NCBI GenBank assembly: GCA_002269645.1
Contig: NIVC01003299.1
Coordinates: forward strand, 1 to 60,474
Direction: 5' to 3'
Source of the DNA: Macrostomum lignano
Lineage: Eukaryota
DNA: 60,474 nucleotides
The translations under genes were made by a program, and so were the position numbers. Positions 1 through 12,480 of the stretch are shown in pieces. A model generated the notes under the pieces. The model did no database searches. It was not told the origin of the DNA and saw nothing but the letters and a program-made list of their open reading frames with translations. The stretch's first letter is position 1, and each line of letters begins with the position of its first letter.

Positions 1-306
1 AAGCTCGAACAGTAGAGCAGAAGGCTCTGCAAAATGCACTTATTTACTTTCATAATTGCTTGGGTGACAAGCGTCGCCCATACTCCACACTCTCGCCACC
101 CCACTGCTATAATACGCATTAGTATGCATCTGCTCAACCGCAGTGACGGGAGAGGTGGCGATGCGAGTGCAAGAGAAATGATACCATATTCGGTGCAGAA
201 CTCCTCTCGGTGAAGGGGCTCCGCTGCATGAGCTGTCGTATTTCTTAGTAATAAATTCACTTTTCAAGCTGTCTCACTGGAAACTGGTCGATAGAATGCA
301 AGAGTC

Positions 307-335
307 TCTTCTCTCTCTCTCTCTCTCTCTCTCTC
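307..335. repeat. (CT)n microsatellite
   Basis: Direct reading of ctctctct run. Confidence 0.9.
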
Positions 336-773
336 CGAGTCTTCTGCCTGGCCAGCCATGGCCCAATAAATTCTCTTTTATTATTAATTTTTTGTTCTTT
401 CCTTCCCTTATGCTTGTCAAACCCGTCCATCTGAGGGTAGGCGATGAAAGTGAAAGGCAATAAAACGTTAGTATATAAGTGAATAGGCTTTCTTCAACAT
501 TAACAACTTCGCAATTACCGGACAATAAAACTGGCCCGTGGACCCCGCACGGACAGGCCTGCTCCAGTACGTTCTTTTCTCTCTGACTGACCGGGACGCA
601 AATCTGCGCAGAAGTTGATCTCGACATAGGTGCCAATTCCCCCCCCACAGCCTACCCCAGTCCCTATTCCACAGCTTGATATTAATTCTAGCTTTAGAAA
701 GTCATGCAATGGTAGAGATGAAATTTTGTGAACGCCATTTTCAATGACCATTTATTTGGTCACGGTTGGGTCC

Positions 774-1130
774 ATGGCTAATTCGCATCCAACTAAATCA
801 TCGCAGACTCATAGAAACGGTCGCGAGTTCGAAGGCAGCAGCACCAGCAGCAACAGCAGCAGTACATCAGCTGTTGGCGAGTCAACTCGCGGCTCTTGCC
901 CGAGTCGCCAGGGCGCCGACGGCGGCGACAGCGGCGGCGGAGTTGGTGGCGTTGTACCTGACGCCTGTGGTAGCGGAGTCGGCGGCGTCGGAGCCAGCGG
1001 CGGCGGAGGCGGAGGCGGCACCAGCGGCGGCTTCGGCCTTCTCCGTTCAGCAAGCGGTCGCATCAAGTCGACTTTCTCTCGCCTGCAGCGCGACGGATTC
1101 GCGTTCCGATCGCTGCGACGTCGGGGTCAT

Positions 1131-1163
<33 letters not shown>

Positions 1164-4100
1164 CGACAGGTGATGGAGCCGGCCCAGGAGCAACCGCAGC
1201 AGTTGACAAAGTCTTGCGAACAGGGAGACAACGCTGGAGAAGCGAGTCAACGGGACAGTCGCTGTCTGGACATGGTGCTTGAGCGGCTGCAGACTGAACT
1301 GGATGGCCTTCGCGTGCACGCTGGTGAGTGGTGGGATCGAGCCTCTGATGGGAGCTTCGTTGATGAACTTCTGGGCCAAGGTAAATGCTACCCACAGCCA
1401 CAGTATAAATCTAACATTTGTTTAGCCTACTCTCTTATAGAAATGCGCAAATTTCAACGAAAAAAACTCTTATCCGAGATCCAATGGAAAGTAGTCCCTT
1501 TAAACCTAAGGGCCTAAGGGCGTGGTCCATCATCTAGCATTTTACTCGTAGAATCTTACCCTGTGGGTCAAACGCGCATACTTAATCGACCAAAAAGTGC
1601 CAATCACAAGCATTTTCTTTTTACACTACTTATAAGTACCAGTTAGTAGTTAACAAAGCTTCTGTGCAGACTTATTTTACAATGTTCTAATTAATGACTA
1701 GAAACAGTCCCAGATTGATAAAAACATTTTCTTTTTCTTCAATTTTTGTTCAACTATAATTTCAAGACCTGCATGAGACAAAAGTTATTGCGATCTCACG
1801 GTCGTGACGGGTTGCTTTCACAAGCTCGAAATTTCACATCGAAGACAATAAACTTCACGAGCTTTTTGACAATTTGAAGTTATGAGCTGGTAAAATTCTG
1901 AGCTTGTGAACATTTCAGCTTGTAAAATGTGGATTTTGTGAATTGTGAAGCTTGTGAGCTGTAGAGCTTGTGAAATGTGAAGCTTGTGAAATGTGGAGCT
2001 TGTAAAACGTTGAGCTTGTGAAATGTGGAGCTTGTGAAATGTGTAGCTTGTGAAATGTGTAGCTTGTGAAATGTGTAGCTTGTGAAATGTGGAGCTTGTG
2101 AAATGTGGAGCTTGTGAAATGTGGAGCTTGTGAAATGTGGAGCTTGTGAAATGTGGAGCTTGACCTTGTGAAATGTGGAGCTTGTGAACTGGGCAGATGT
2201 GGAGCTTGTGAACTGTGGAGCTTGTGAAATGTGGAGCTTGTGAAATGTGGAGCTTGTGAAATGTGGAGCTTGTGAACTGTGGAGCTTGTGAAATGTGGAG
2301 CTTGTGAAATGTGGAGCTTGTGAACTGTGGAGCTTGTGAACTGTGGAGCTTGTGAACTGTGGAGCTTGTGAACTGTGGAGCTTGTGAAATGTGGAGCTTG
2401 TGAAATGTCGTTGTGAAACGCCCCATCATGGTCCATGGCCTTGGCCAACTAAGTTGACTTTTCGTCAGTCTGAACTTTAGCGGACTGGATAAAAAGCCAA
2501 CCTCGTAAGAATATATAAATACGAAAAAAGTGGGCAAGAGAGGACGCCTCAGTAATGTACATAAGCAATGTACATTAGGCTCTCCCCCGGGTTCTCCTCC
2601 CCAACCCGTCAAACCCTCTAGATTCAGCGAAGCGAGTTCTGGCACCCCGGGGCCCGCGGACCTTATAAAGCATGCCTGCTGTCACAGAGAGCTTAGTCAT
2701 CCGCCCTAACTCTCCGACTCCCACTCCTAGAAGCAGCAAAATATAACTGCGACTGCAATCTTTTTGTGGCAAGAACTTGCTTTCGTATTTGTTTCGAAAG
2801 TCGTACTAGGGGTCTCTGACAGGCTACAATATCAAATAGTCACGCTTCAATACTCGAGGCATGACTAATAATTTTTCGTTCGGGATTCGATTAGACTTCG
2901 ATTCTACTACCGCATGGAGACACGGTGAGATAACTGACTCGAGTAATTATAATAAATAATAATTGATTACAGCTGCCCTACTGGGCAGATGTGCAACTGA
3001 AGCTATTGCTCGGCGCATCACCCCAGCTAATGCTGGTACCCATTTTACAACGAAGTGTTTTGCTCAAGGACACAAATAGTTGTGGGTGAAGAATCGAACT
3101 CCCGACCTCAAACTGAATAGTGAGTCCGACGCTCTAACCACTAGGCTACAAACCCCTAAGTATAGCTCGAAAGAGCTGCAAAGAGTTACTATTTACGAGC
3201 GTATTATTTATTGATCAGCCAAAGTCGCAAAGTTGTCAAACTTGATAAATTGGAAAAATCGATATGAAAATTGTTCTGGGCCAGCAAACTGCAACCATAG
3301 CATGGGTGGATACTAAGGAGCACTCTTCATTCATTCGCACTGCAAGGGTATTGCACTCTGCCGGCTAAGTCGAACTCCGGACCACTGGGAAGCGGCAGCA
3401 CCGGTGGCGGCGGAGGCGGCGGCGGCAGGAGCAGCGGCGGCTGGGCTGACGATTCGGACCTGATGGAGAACATAGCCGAGCTCGATCAGCTGCTGTTGCA
3501 GCCGGCGCCGCCAGCCTCCTCAGCATCGTCGTCGTCTGTAGCGGTGGCGTCGAAGACTGCGGCCAGCGATGAAGAGTCCGCGATGGCAACCGCACTGCTG
3601 GAGTCAATGTGAGTATAGAGTGCCTCACAAGGGGAGGCGGGGAGGGATATACGAGTTCGAGGTCTCATAAACCGTTCTCCATCACCGAAGGTCCCCGTTC
3701 GACGGCGAGCCGCGACACTCGGACTCTGATCAGCAGGAGGAGCAGCAGGAAGAGAACGGCAGCGCTGGTGGGTTGAAGCGCGGCACGAAGTTCCGCTGGT
3801 CGTCTTTCGCCCGGTCACACCGGCCCAATGTCAACCAGCGCGAACTGCAGATATCCGGGATGTCGGTGACGCAGCTGCGGGTGCTACGAAATGCAGCCTG
3901 CGAAGAGATTAACAAGATTGTGCGGCAGCACTGCCCGCCGAATAAGCCGCTGTTCACCTGGTAAGTAAGATTGACTGATGCAAATTCCAATCACCAATTT
4001 CAGTTGGAGAAATTCTGATTGTACTTATTTTTCCGTTCCACAGGAGTAACCAGAAGCCAGCCAAGCGATCCAAATCTTCTGCGTCGCCGAACGCCTCGCC

Positions 4101-5759
4101 TAGCATCGTTCCCCTCGGCCAGTCATTGCCGGCATCGCCGTCGTCGGCACCGACAGCGGCAAAAACCGCCGTGTTCGGCATGCCGCTGTTCACTGTGCAG
4201 ATGCGCTACGGCCAGCCGCTGCCCTCGGCGGTTATCCACCTGATGCGCCAGCTGCGCCAGAGTGGCGTCTCAGCGCACGGCATCTTCCGCCGGGCCGGCG
4301 GCAAGGCCCGGGTGTCGGCTCTACGGGCCGAGATCGACGCCGACCCGGACAAGTCGGACTTCAGCCGTTGCCAGCCGTACGACCTGGCCGACCTGGTCAA
4401 GGCCTACCTCCGCGAGCTGCCCGAGTGCCTGATCACGCACAAACTGTCGCCAACACTTCTGGCCATATTCAGCCACGTTGAGACCGATTCGGTGCTTCTG
4501 GCGGCCGTGCAGGCGGCTGCGCTCCTACTGCCGGACGAGAATCGGCAGGTGCTGCAGGCACTGCTCTACTTCCTAAACGATTTCGCTGATTGCTCAGACA
4601 CCACACAGATGACGCCGTCAAACTTGGCTGTGTGTCTCGCGCCGTCGCTGTTTTACTTTCCGCACCAAGTGGCGGCGGCCACGCCAAGCCGATTCCGACG
4701 GCCCGGAGGCGGCGCGCCGGACCCGCGAGATCTCGAGGATCACAAAGCTGCAGCGGCCTGTCTGGCCTTCATGATCGACTGTTGCCATCGGATGTTCACG
4801 GTGAGTTGTCGAAAAAAAACAAACTGATTCGAAAACTCAGTTTTCCATTGATCTTTGCAGTGACGAGACCAGACTTAGGCTCGAATAGAAAACCTCGTCT
4901 TTTGTCTTCACACCGTCGTAATATTTTTGCACCTGCCAGGTTCCTGACGAGCTGTACCGCCGACTAGCCGAGAGTCGCTCAGAAGAGCTGCAGGTGCCAA
5001 TTCTTGACGCCGTGGCTCCGCTAGACTCCATCGGCCGGCGCCACTGCTTTGCTTTTGTTGAAAATCACGCCCAGCTGGTTGCCAGGGAGACCTGCCAGAA
5101 CGAAAAATGGGTGCCGTTCAGCCACCGGTCGGGAATCGAGACCTTCTTCAAAGTTGTGGACGATGGCCATCCGTTGCGGTTGTGGAAAGCGTTGGTCTTG
5201 ATTGAGGCCGACTCGACTGATGTGCTCAACAGGATTGTCACTGAGAGGTTGGTTTGCTCTTCCTGAACACCTGTACGAATTATTAACCAAAGAGTTTAGG
5301 AGTTCAAGAAGATAAAGTGATCAATTCATAAAGTTCAATGATTTCATTTGCAGCGAGTCCTGGGACCCGGACGTTCTCAAGTCGGAGACTTTAGAATCGC
5401 TAGACGAAGCCTCCGATGTAGTCCGGCGCACCCTGGCGTCCCCGCCAGCCCAGCCAAGCCGCGAGACCTGCCTGCTGCGTGCCTGGCGCTCAGCCAGCGC
5501 CCACAGCCACTCATTGTATTCAACTTCCGTGCGCCTGCCGACCTCTCCGCTAACCCTGTCTGCTCTGGTCCTGGTTGAAGACTGGCTGGTGCAGTCCGCC
5601 GGCCCCGGCGCCACCCGGGTGACACTGCTATCGCGAGTCGACCTGCGCGGCCACAGCATCGAATGGTACGGCTCCACATGGGGCCACGCTGTTGCCAGAC
5701 GGCTGGTGCACCTCAAGAAGTCCTTCCAGCGGAAAGCCAGGCCAACGGGAGCTTTGTAA
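774..5759 (+). CDS. DLC1/STARD13-like: DLC1/STARD13 (crossveinless-c)-like RhoGAP + START domain protein, 6 exons, ~869 aa
   Basis: Exons 774-1380 (alternative ATG 744), 3347-3608, 3691-3960, 4044-4800, 4940-5247, 5354-5759. All introns GT-AG, phases match, total 2610 nt. Motifs: FRWSSF..HRP, VFGMPL...GQPLP, arginine finger GIFRRAG, TQMTPSNLAVCLAPSLF, START C-terminus SRVDLRGHSIEWY...WGH. Confidence 0.93.
1900..2412. repeat. 16-bp minisatellite (GAGCTTGTGAAATGTG)n in RhoGAP intron 1
   Basis: About 30 tandem copies with AAT/ACT variants; explains repeat ORFs 1818-2645 and 1915-2448. Confidence 0.95.
2944..3156 (-). mobile_element. tRNA-derived SINE with CORE-like segment, copy 1
   Basis: Minus strand reads GGGGTTTGTAGCCTAGTGGTTAGAGCG (A box), GTTCGATTC (B box), then GTGTCCTTGAGCAAACACTT..TGTAAAATGGGTA (MIR-core-like), a tail shared with the copy at 41555-41800, and a (TTA)n end. 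Confidence 0.8.
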
Positions 5760-6109
5760 CCTCCGGGTTAATTTTATTGACCCTCATCAAAGACTGCAGC
5801 TGCCCAGCAGCAGGATCATTACGGTTAATCTCCTGCTAAAGCCCTCATTATTTCTGTAAAAGAAACACGACCTTTCTTTTCCGCCAACCTTCCTGATGCT
5901 GACCAACATTCTTTGACTAGCAATCTTGACATACTTGACTCAGCTGCGGGGGCTCCGTCTATTCGAATACAGCAAGGAGGCGTTGAAGCCCATTCTGCTA
6001 ACCCCTGGCGACCACGGGCAGCTAGTGCTGCGGTGTCGCGCAGAGATCCGGTGGTGCCGGTGTCCGCAGCGCGGTCCCCTTCTGGAGAGTCCAGGAGGTG
6101 GATGGTCGC

Positions 6110-6430
6110 TTGCCCGGTAGCCCTTAGGTAGCGGACAAGCTGGCAGAGATTCTCGGGCCTGAAAACGTCGGGAAGGTCCTGGTTTGGGTTTGGGCTGAGG
6201 TAGGTGAGCCTGTCCTGAGTAAAGGGGGGCATTCACAGATGAATGGCAAAATGGGCATTCCTCACTGCAGATTTTTCCCTGGAGGTGACGATGCCTGGCA
6301 AAGCAGCCATGACCGAGAGGGCCATGGTCACCGCCCTGATGTCCCTGCGGTTGAGTCAAAGCAGGGCCCTGCGGAGGACGGGGGAAGGACAGAGGACAGA
6401 CCAACAACCTTAACCAACATCAACATCCTC
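6110..6430 (-). mobile_element. Degraded non-LTR retrotransposon 3' fragment (I/R1/LOA-type CCHC region)
   Basis: Frameshift-joined translation LNRRDIRAVTMALS/GHGCFARHRHLQGKICSEECPFC...PDVFRPENLCQLVRYLRATG matches the typical ORF2 C-terminal zinc-knuckle and terminus pattern. Confidence 0.6.
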
Positions 6431-7504
6431 AGCTGGGCACCATTGCGCCAGTTTCCTGCAAAGCTTCCAAGCGATTAATGCTCTGTTTCCCAACTTTATT
6501 CAGATACCTGCGCCTCTGTGTTCTCACTCATGATATTTGCTTTATTTTTGTCTGTAAAAAATCTTCTATTCGGCTTGGAGCAACAGAAGATGAAGATCTT
6601 ATTAGAAGCGCACAAATGTTGCTGACGTAATGACGCAATTTTTTCAAACCAAAACTATCTTAATTGCGCCTGACTAAAGACAAGATTGGTTTGCCACTGA
6701 TTTCAGTTGATTATCCTGCATAAAATGGAGCTGCAATGCGCTTTATTGTACGATGGATCTTCATCTACTTTTCTTGGCTCACACTGTATGTTGAACTTGA
6801 ATAGCATAGCATACTATACAGCAATATAATTTGTTCCCGAATGAATCTCTGCATCAACTGCTGCTGGAAACCTTTGCATACTTTGTTCAAGTTGACTTCA
6901 TTGTCTATGCAACTCGGCATCAATAGTTGATATATGCTCCATCCAATTTTCAGCTCTGGGCGCGGGTTAGTTAACTTTCTGTTACCCAGGGGACGCTTAA
7001 TTAACTTCGTCTAATTGATCTACTTGTCCGCAGTGTGCAAGCAGCGCCACTATGTACGCTCGTACTGTAGCCCATTATCATTTCCATTCTGTTATATTTT
7101 TGTCATTCGCTATATAATTATACAAGCAACAAGCTATAATCTTTGCTGTTCAAATTTAACATTTTCAGTGCAAATAAATCTGATATAAATAGCGTGAAAA
7201 CTCTATGCTCACTACTTACAGTATAGTACTCGCGTCGGGAGATACAAAAATTTGTTTCTTATTTTTGTAGTTTCACTCTCTTAAGATTTAATGCTCAATC
7301 CACCGCAATTGGAAGTCAAGAATCTTATAACTTTTTTGTTGCGCACCAGCCGCACCTTCTAAACAAAGAATCAAGTCGCCAGCCTTCCAGACGGTTGAGA
7401 TATTCAAGATTTGTTATCAGAAGATCGGATATTTCCCGAAAGCGCTATCGTATTCAACGCATCCCTCAGTGCGGTTTTGTCTACCCTCCAAAATTCATTA
7501 GCAC

Positions 7505-7735
7505 AACACCTGTCCAGGGTGCCTGCAGAGGGCAGTAGGGCTCGGATGATGTGGTTTGCCAGCCGGAGTCGCCGACGGTGCAACAGTTCGAGCAAGTCTG
7601 CCAGCCTCCAGGTACAGGACAGTCTCGATCACCGCCTGGAACAGCGCGGCCCTCTGGCGGTCAGCCGGGGCCTCGAACTGCAGGACAGCCCTCACGGAAC
7701 AGAAGGCAGCCCAGGCAGATCTACCTACCTACCTA
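7505..7735 (-). mobile_element. Internally deleted RTE-clade LINE fragment
   Basis: RSAWAAFCSVRAVLQ...ALFQAVIETVLY joined directly to ELLHRRRLRLANHIIRA; both are RTE post-RT motifs. Confidence 0.7.
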
Positions 7736-7888
7736 ATTATTAGAACAATTACAATTACACAGTGAAATTTCGAGCTTTTTAAGGTTTGAGTTTGTGGAAG
7801 TTTCGAACAAGCCTGTGATGACAAATAATTAGTTTATTAATAAAATCATCTCCAGCTAACACGTTATTTTGATTGCTCTCCGAGCAAC

Positions 7889-7960
7889 TCCCCGATGGTC
7901 TAGCGGTTAGGATTCCTGGCTCTCACCCAGGCGGCCCGGGTTCGACTCCCGGTCGGGGAA
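7889..7960 (+). tRNA. tRNA-Glu-CTC: tRNA-Glu (anticodon CTC)
   Basis: TCCCCGATGGTCTAGCGGTTAGGATTCCTGGCTCTCACCCAGGCGGCCCGGGTTCGACTCCCGGTCGGGGAA; full cloverleaf, anticodon stem CCTGG/CCAGG, CTC at 7922-7924. Confidence 0.97.
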
Positions 7961-7964
7961 AACA

Positions 7965-7972
7965 TTTTTTTT
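7965..7972 (+). terminator. Pol III oligo-T terminator of tRNA-Glu
   Basis: T-run 4 nt after the tRNA 3' end. Confidence 0.8.
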
Positions 7973-9002
7973 GCAGATTCAAATTATTTTCGTTTGACCT
8001 ACGAGTATTATTTAAAAACTAGAATCGTATGTGTATTTTTCTTCATAATTTTACCGAGCCATAAGTCGAAGATCGAGGATCCCGGAACCAAGCCGATATG
8101 TTGCGCAAGTAACTTATTCGACACTAAAAAAATCGCTTATCAACCAGCCAACGTCAAAGCCCACCGAAGCCCACAAAGAGCTAGCTACGTGTATTTAATA
8201 GGAAAAAAGCCCGAGGCAGGCAGCCCCTAAAAACGATTACAGCGCGATGCCAGCTGAGAGACTGGGGGCGGGGCCGACCGCTCGGCGAATCCCGCTGTGC
8301 CGTTCCGAGTTGCGTCACACTCTTGTTCCAGCCCGCCCCCCGGACGCTAATCTCCGGTCTGCAGGCAGCCAGACACCCTGCTCCTCCTTAAACTCTCCTC
8401 ACCTTCCCCTGTTCTCCTTCCTCACATGAGTCCACCGAGCACGTTCCCCGTTTGAAGTCATGCGGAGCAGCATATGTATAATACGGTATTGGTTAATATT
8501 AGTTTAGTCTACAATATGCATTTATAATACTTTAAAGTAGTCGCGCCGCCGCACCTCATTAAGCATCGCCCTCCGACTCACCCCGACGGCTATTGGGTGA
8601 TGAGGCCCTTCCGACATGCACAGCTGCAGCTTCCTCGACAGAAGCCCTGCATCCCGTCCCTGTCAGTTACCGTTTTTTTCCTCCACAGCTCCAGCAGATA
8701 CTCCCCAGAGCCTCGAAATTGTAGCGATTTATCCCATTAGAGTCTCGGGGTCTATCGGCGAGCTTTTATCAACCTCGTGCGCTGGGAGGCGTTGCTGAAT
8801 TTTGAGATAAAAAATAATCATTTTATGGCTTGGCCAGAGTTTTCGGGTAAAGCGCTGAGTCACGCGTTCTGAGGGCTCTGGGATTTGAGAGAGTAGCCAC
8901 TGCTCAGCAGGATTTATCTTCCCACTCGGTCGAGTCATTGAGTTCGATTATTTGTGGGATCATTTTGCTTTTCTTCTCAAACCGGTATCGAATATCCCTC
9001 AG

Positions 9003-9930
9003 GTGTGTCCCTTCAGGAGTGTGTGCCATTGTCCCTTCAGGAGTGTGTGCCACTGTCCCTTCAGGAGTGTGTGCCACTGTCCCTTCAGGAGTGTGTGCCA
9101 CTGTCCCTTCAGGAGTGTGTGCCACTGTCCCTTCAGGAGTGTGTGCCATTGTCCCTTCAGGAGTGTGTGCTACTGTCCCTTCAGGAGTGTGTGCCACTGT
9201 CCTTTCAGGAGTGTGTGCCACTGTCCCTTCAGGAGTGTGTGCCGCTGTCCCTTCAGGAGTGTGTGCCACTGTCCCTTCATGAGTGTGCGCCACTGTCCCT
9301 TCAGGAGTGTGTGCCACTGTCCCTTCAGGAGTGTGTGAAACTGTCCAGGAGTGTGTGAAACTGTCCAGGAGTGTGTGAAACTGTCCAAGAGTGTGTGAAA
9401 CTGTCCCTTCAGGAGTGTGTGAAACTGTCCAGGAGTGTGTGAAACTGTCCAGGAGTGTGTGAAACTGTCCAGGAGTGTGTGAAACTGTCCCTTCAGGAGT
9501 GTGTGAAACTGTCCAGGAGTGTGTGAAACTGTCCAGGAGTGTGTGAAACTGTCCAGGAGTGTGTGAAACTGTCCAGGAGTGTGTGAAACTGTCCCTTCAG
9601 GAGTGTGTGAAACTGTCCAGGAGTGTGTGAAACTGTCCCTTCAGGAGTGTGTGAAACTGTCCAGGAGTGTGTGAAACTGTCCAGGAGTGTGTGAAACTGT
9701 CCAGGAGTCCGTGAAACTGTCCAGGAGTGTGTGAAACTGTCCAGGAGTGTGTGAAACTGTCCAGGAGTCCGTGAAACTGTCCAGGAGTGTGTGAAACTGT
9801 CCAGGAGTGTGTGAAACTGTCCCTTCAGGAGTGTGTGAAACTGTCCAGGAGTGTGTGAAATTGTTTCTTCAGGAGTGTGTGAAACTGTCCCTTCAGGAGT
9901 GTGTGATACTGTCCATTCAGGAGTGTGTGC
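9003..9930. repeat. Two-domain minisatellite: 24-bp GTCCCTTCAGGAGTGTGTGCCACT then mainly 20-bp GTCCAGGAGTGTGTGAAACT
   Basis: Direct reading; switch at ~9335. Confidence 0.95.
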
Positions 9931-10754
9931 CAATGCCCCAATCCTTCGGGACCGGAACGCAAAAACGAGTCAGTATCTTGAGAAGGTCACAACCTCTTGG
10001 TAGAAGCTAGCAAGCCTAATGAGCAAACATTCTGAATATATAGGCCAGCATCATTTAATATAAAGGTTATAGCCCACAGTCAATCACGTGACATATGATC
10101 GTCTAGGCTCCTGTCTAAGCATTGCTGCAATGACGCAATACGAAATCGCACGCGAAACTATAAACCAGCCAGCTGTCCCGTTTCCATTCCAGTTTTAAAT
10201 GCTGTGTGTCTCTCAGCTGCATATAGAGACAGATGAAGTATCCATGTGGCTGGCAAAACTTTCTGAAACTTTCTCTTCCCTATTGAGCAACCAGGCGAGC
10301 TATTATGGGAAGTAGTGGAGCAGGCTGAAAAGGGGAAGAGACGAGCAGGAGGTGAAGTCCGGGACATTTTTTGGGTGGGACTTATTTGTCAGACTTAGGA
10401 GTCAGACAATGGGCTCTCAATGAATGAATGAATGGCGAACTTGAGTGAGTGAGAGCTCCTCCTAAAAATATTCCCCCCCGGAGAAAGGAAATGTTGAGTA
10501 TGGCTGGCTAGCTGCAGGAAATTCTACAAGCGGGGATGCTTCTCCAATTCAGCGAGAAACCCGACACCCACCCTATCGATATGCGAGTATATGCAACTGC
10601 GATCAACCGCACCTTGGTTCTGCTCCTCTCGCTACTCTCTTCCCCTCTCAATATACGAATATGCATTCCATTATACGATAGCTTTTGGCCCGACGAAGAG
10701 CCCATAGGCTATAGAAAACGGTAGCCATTTTTTAGAACTCAATACGCTGTGACC

Positions 10755-11135
10755 TCTCTTCTCTCTCACTACCCCTCCATCTCTCTCTCCTCTCTCTCTC
10801 CCCAGATAGAGAACCTGTAGCGCTTGAATGTGGGCCAGAGAAGGGGAGAGAGGAGATAGGAGAGGAGAGAGGTCAGAAAAAGAGAGCGAGAGAAGAGAAA
10901 GAGAGGAGAGAGGAAAGAGGGGAGAGGAGTTGGGAGAGAAAAGAGAAGAGAGAAGAGAAGAGACAAGCCTTAAGCGGGCTGGATTGCTATTGTGAAGTTT
11001 CAAAGGAGCCCTGCTCTATACCTTTTCTCTATCTCTCTCCCCCTCTCACTCTGCCTCTCTCTCTCCCTCTTTCTCTCCCTCTATCTCTCTCCCTTTCTAA
11101 CCTCTATCTCCCTCTCAACATCTCCCCTCTTCCCC
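10755..11135. repeat. CT-rich / GA-rich / CT-rich low-complexity tracts
   Basis: Pyrimidine ~10755-10800, purine ~10825-10965, pyrimidine ~11020-11135. Confidence 0.8.
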
Positions 11136-11844
11136 CCTATCAATGCTACTGCATGGATCTACTCTTCTGCCCCAAAACTAAATGATATTCTTCATCTTGC
11201 CAGCCTCCTCTGTTATGAAAAGAATCGCTATGTTTAAGATTTCTAAGAATGTGATACTTTTTTAAGACAGTTCACTAACTCAGCTAATGAAGGTTGAGAC
11301 GCTATGTGGGCTAGTATAGCGAATTGATAAGGAGAATCTGGGATAAGGGAAAGCGAAATTCTGCAAAGCGTTTGGTAAGGAATAAAAATATTGATAATAG
11401 CGCTCCCAATCCCGTCGGGGGATTAACCTGATTAGCGCTGGGTGTGTGCGCATGCGATTGCGTAATATCTATCACATATTGGATGCTGGGACGGACTCGC
11501 CGCAGATATGCAGATGCGGGAATTAGGACCGTTTTTTGAGATAAGGATGAGAGACTGGAATCAGAAACTGATGGAAGAGGAGAGAGTTGATGAGGCCGAA
11601 CTGACAGTCCTGGATACTCTCCTTCCCTAAAATCTGCACCCATATCGACTCATTGATCCCGTCCCGTCATTCGGGATTTGAGAATAGCATTTGCTGACTG
11701 ACTGAGCAGCTTGACTCCGCTGTCTTGAAGGGGGGGAGGGCGATGTTGCCGTTCTGAGTCTTGACTCACTTTTTGGGATAATTTCGCTGGTACTTGGGAT
11801 CAAAATGGTCAGGTGTTTTGGGACGGAGTCTCTGAGGGGGGGTC

Positions 11845-12110
11845 AACAACAACAGCAACAACAAAAACAACAACAACAACAACATACGCTGTCTTAAAGA
11901 GATCTACGTCAAAGGCCGCGTCTCTGGGTTGCCGGGCAGAGTCAGCAAAAAGAAGCTCTTGCACCGGCTTTGTGCGGTACGACTCGGCCGGATGATGTGG
12001 CCCCCAGCTGGAGTCGCCGACGATGCAACACTGAAACAGGTCACCAGACCAATCTGAATGGATCACCTGTCAGCGATCAGGGAGTCTAGAGGCCAGGGCT
12101 GGGAGACGGA
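11845..12110 (-). mobile_element. RTE-clade LINE 3' end with (TTG)n tail
   Basis: HRRRLQL..GHII..AESYRTKPVQELL; nucleotide-similar to the fragment at 7540-7590; (ACA)n on plus strand at 11845-11885 is the tail. Confidence 0.7.
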
Positions 12111-12279
12111 GAAAGGAATCAGGGCCCAGGGGTCGGGGGTCTCTGGTCTCGACGTACTTGACTTGGGCTGCATGGGGGGGTCGATGCAGCGTGGAGGCGG
12201 AGAGACCACCCATTCCGCTAGCCCCTGGCGAGCCCCCAGGGGTCAGGGTCAGGCTCAGAGTCAGAATTGGGTTAAAGGG

Positions 12280-12480
12280 GTTGGGGTCAGGGTTTGGAGA
12301 AAGGGGGTCAAGGTTTGGAGAAAGGGGGTCAGGATTTGAAGAAAGGGGGTCAAGATTTGGAGAAAGGGGGTCAGGGTTTGGAGAAAGGGGGTCAGGGTTT
12401 GCAGAAAGGAGGTCAGGGTTTGGAAAAAGGGGGTCAGGATTTGGAGAAAGGGGGTCAGGGTTCGGAAGAAGGGAGTCAGG
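12280..12480. repeat. 21-bp G-rich minisatellite (GGGGTCAGGGTTTGGAGAAAG)n
   Basis: About 9 copies. Confidence 0.9.

Noticed and set aside
1818-2645. Long ORFs with FHKLHISQAPHFTSST repeats
   Set aside because: Translations of a 16-bp intronic satellite, open in several frames
8550-8650. GTGATGAG with flanking stems as a hammerhead or C/D box
   Set aside because: Core is GUGAUGA rather than CUGAUGA, with no properly placed GAAA or D box
8904-9933. Cys-rich or repeat ORFs on both strands
   Set aside because: The 24/20-bp satellite lacks stops in most frames; no unique coding flanks
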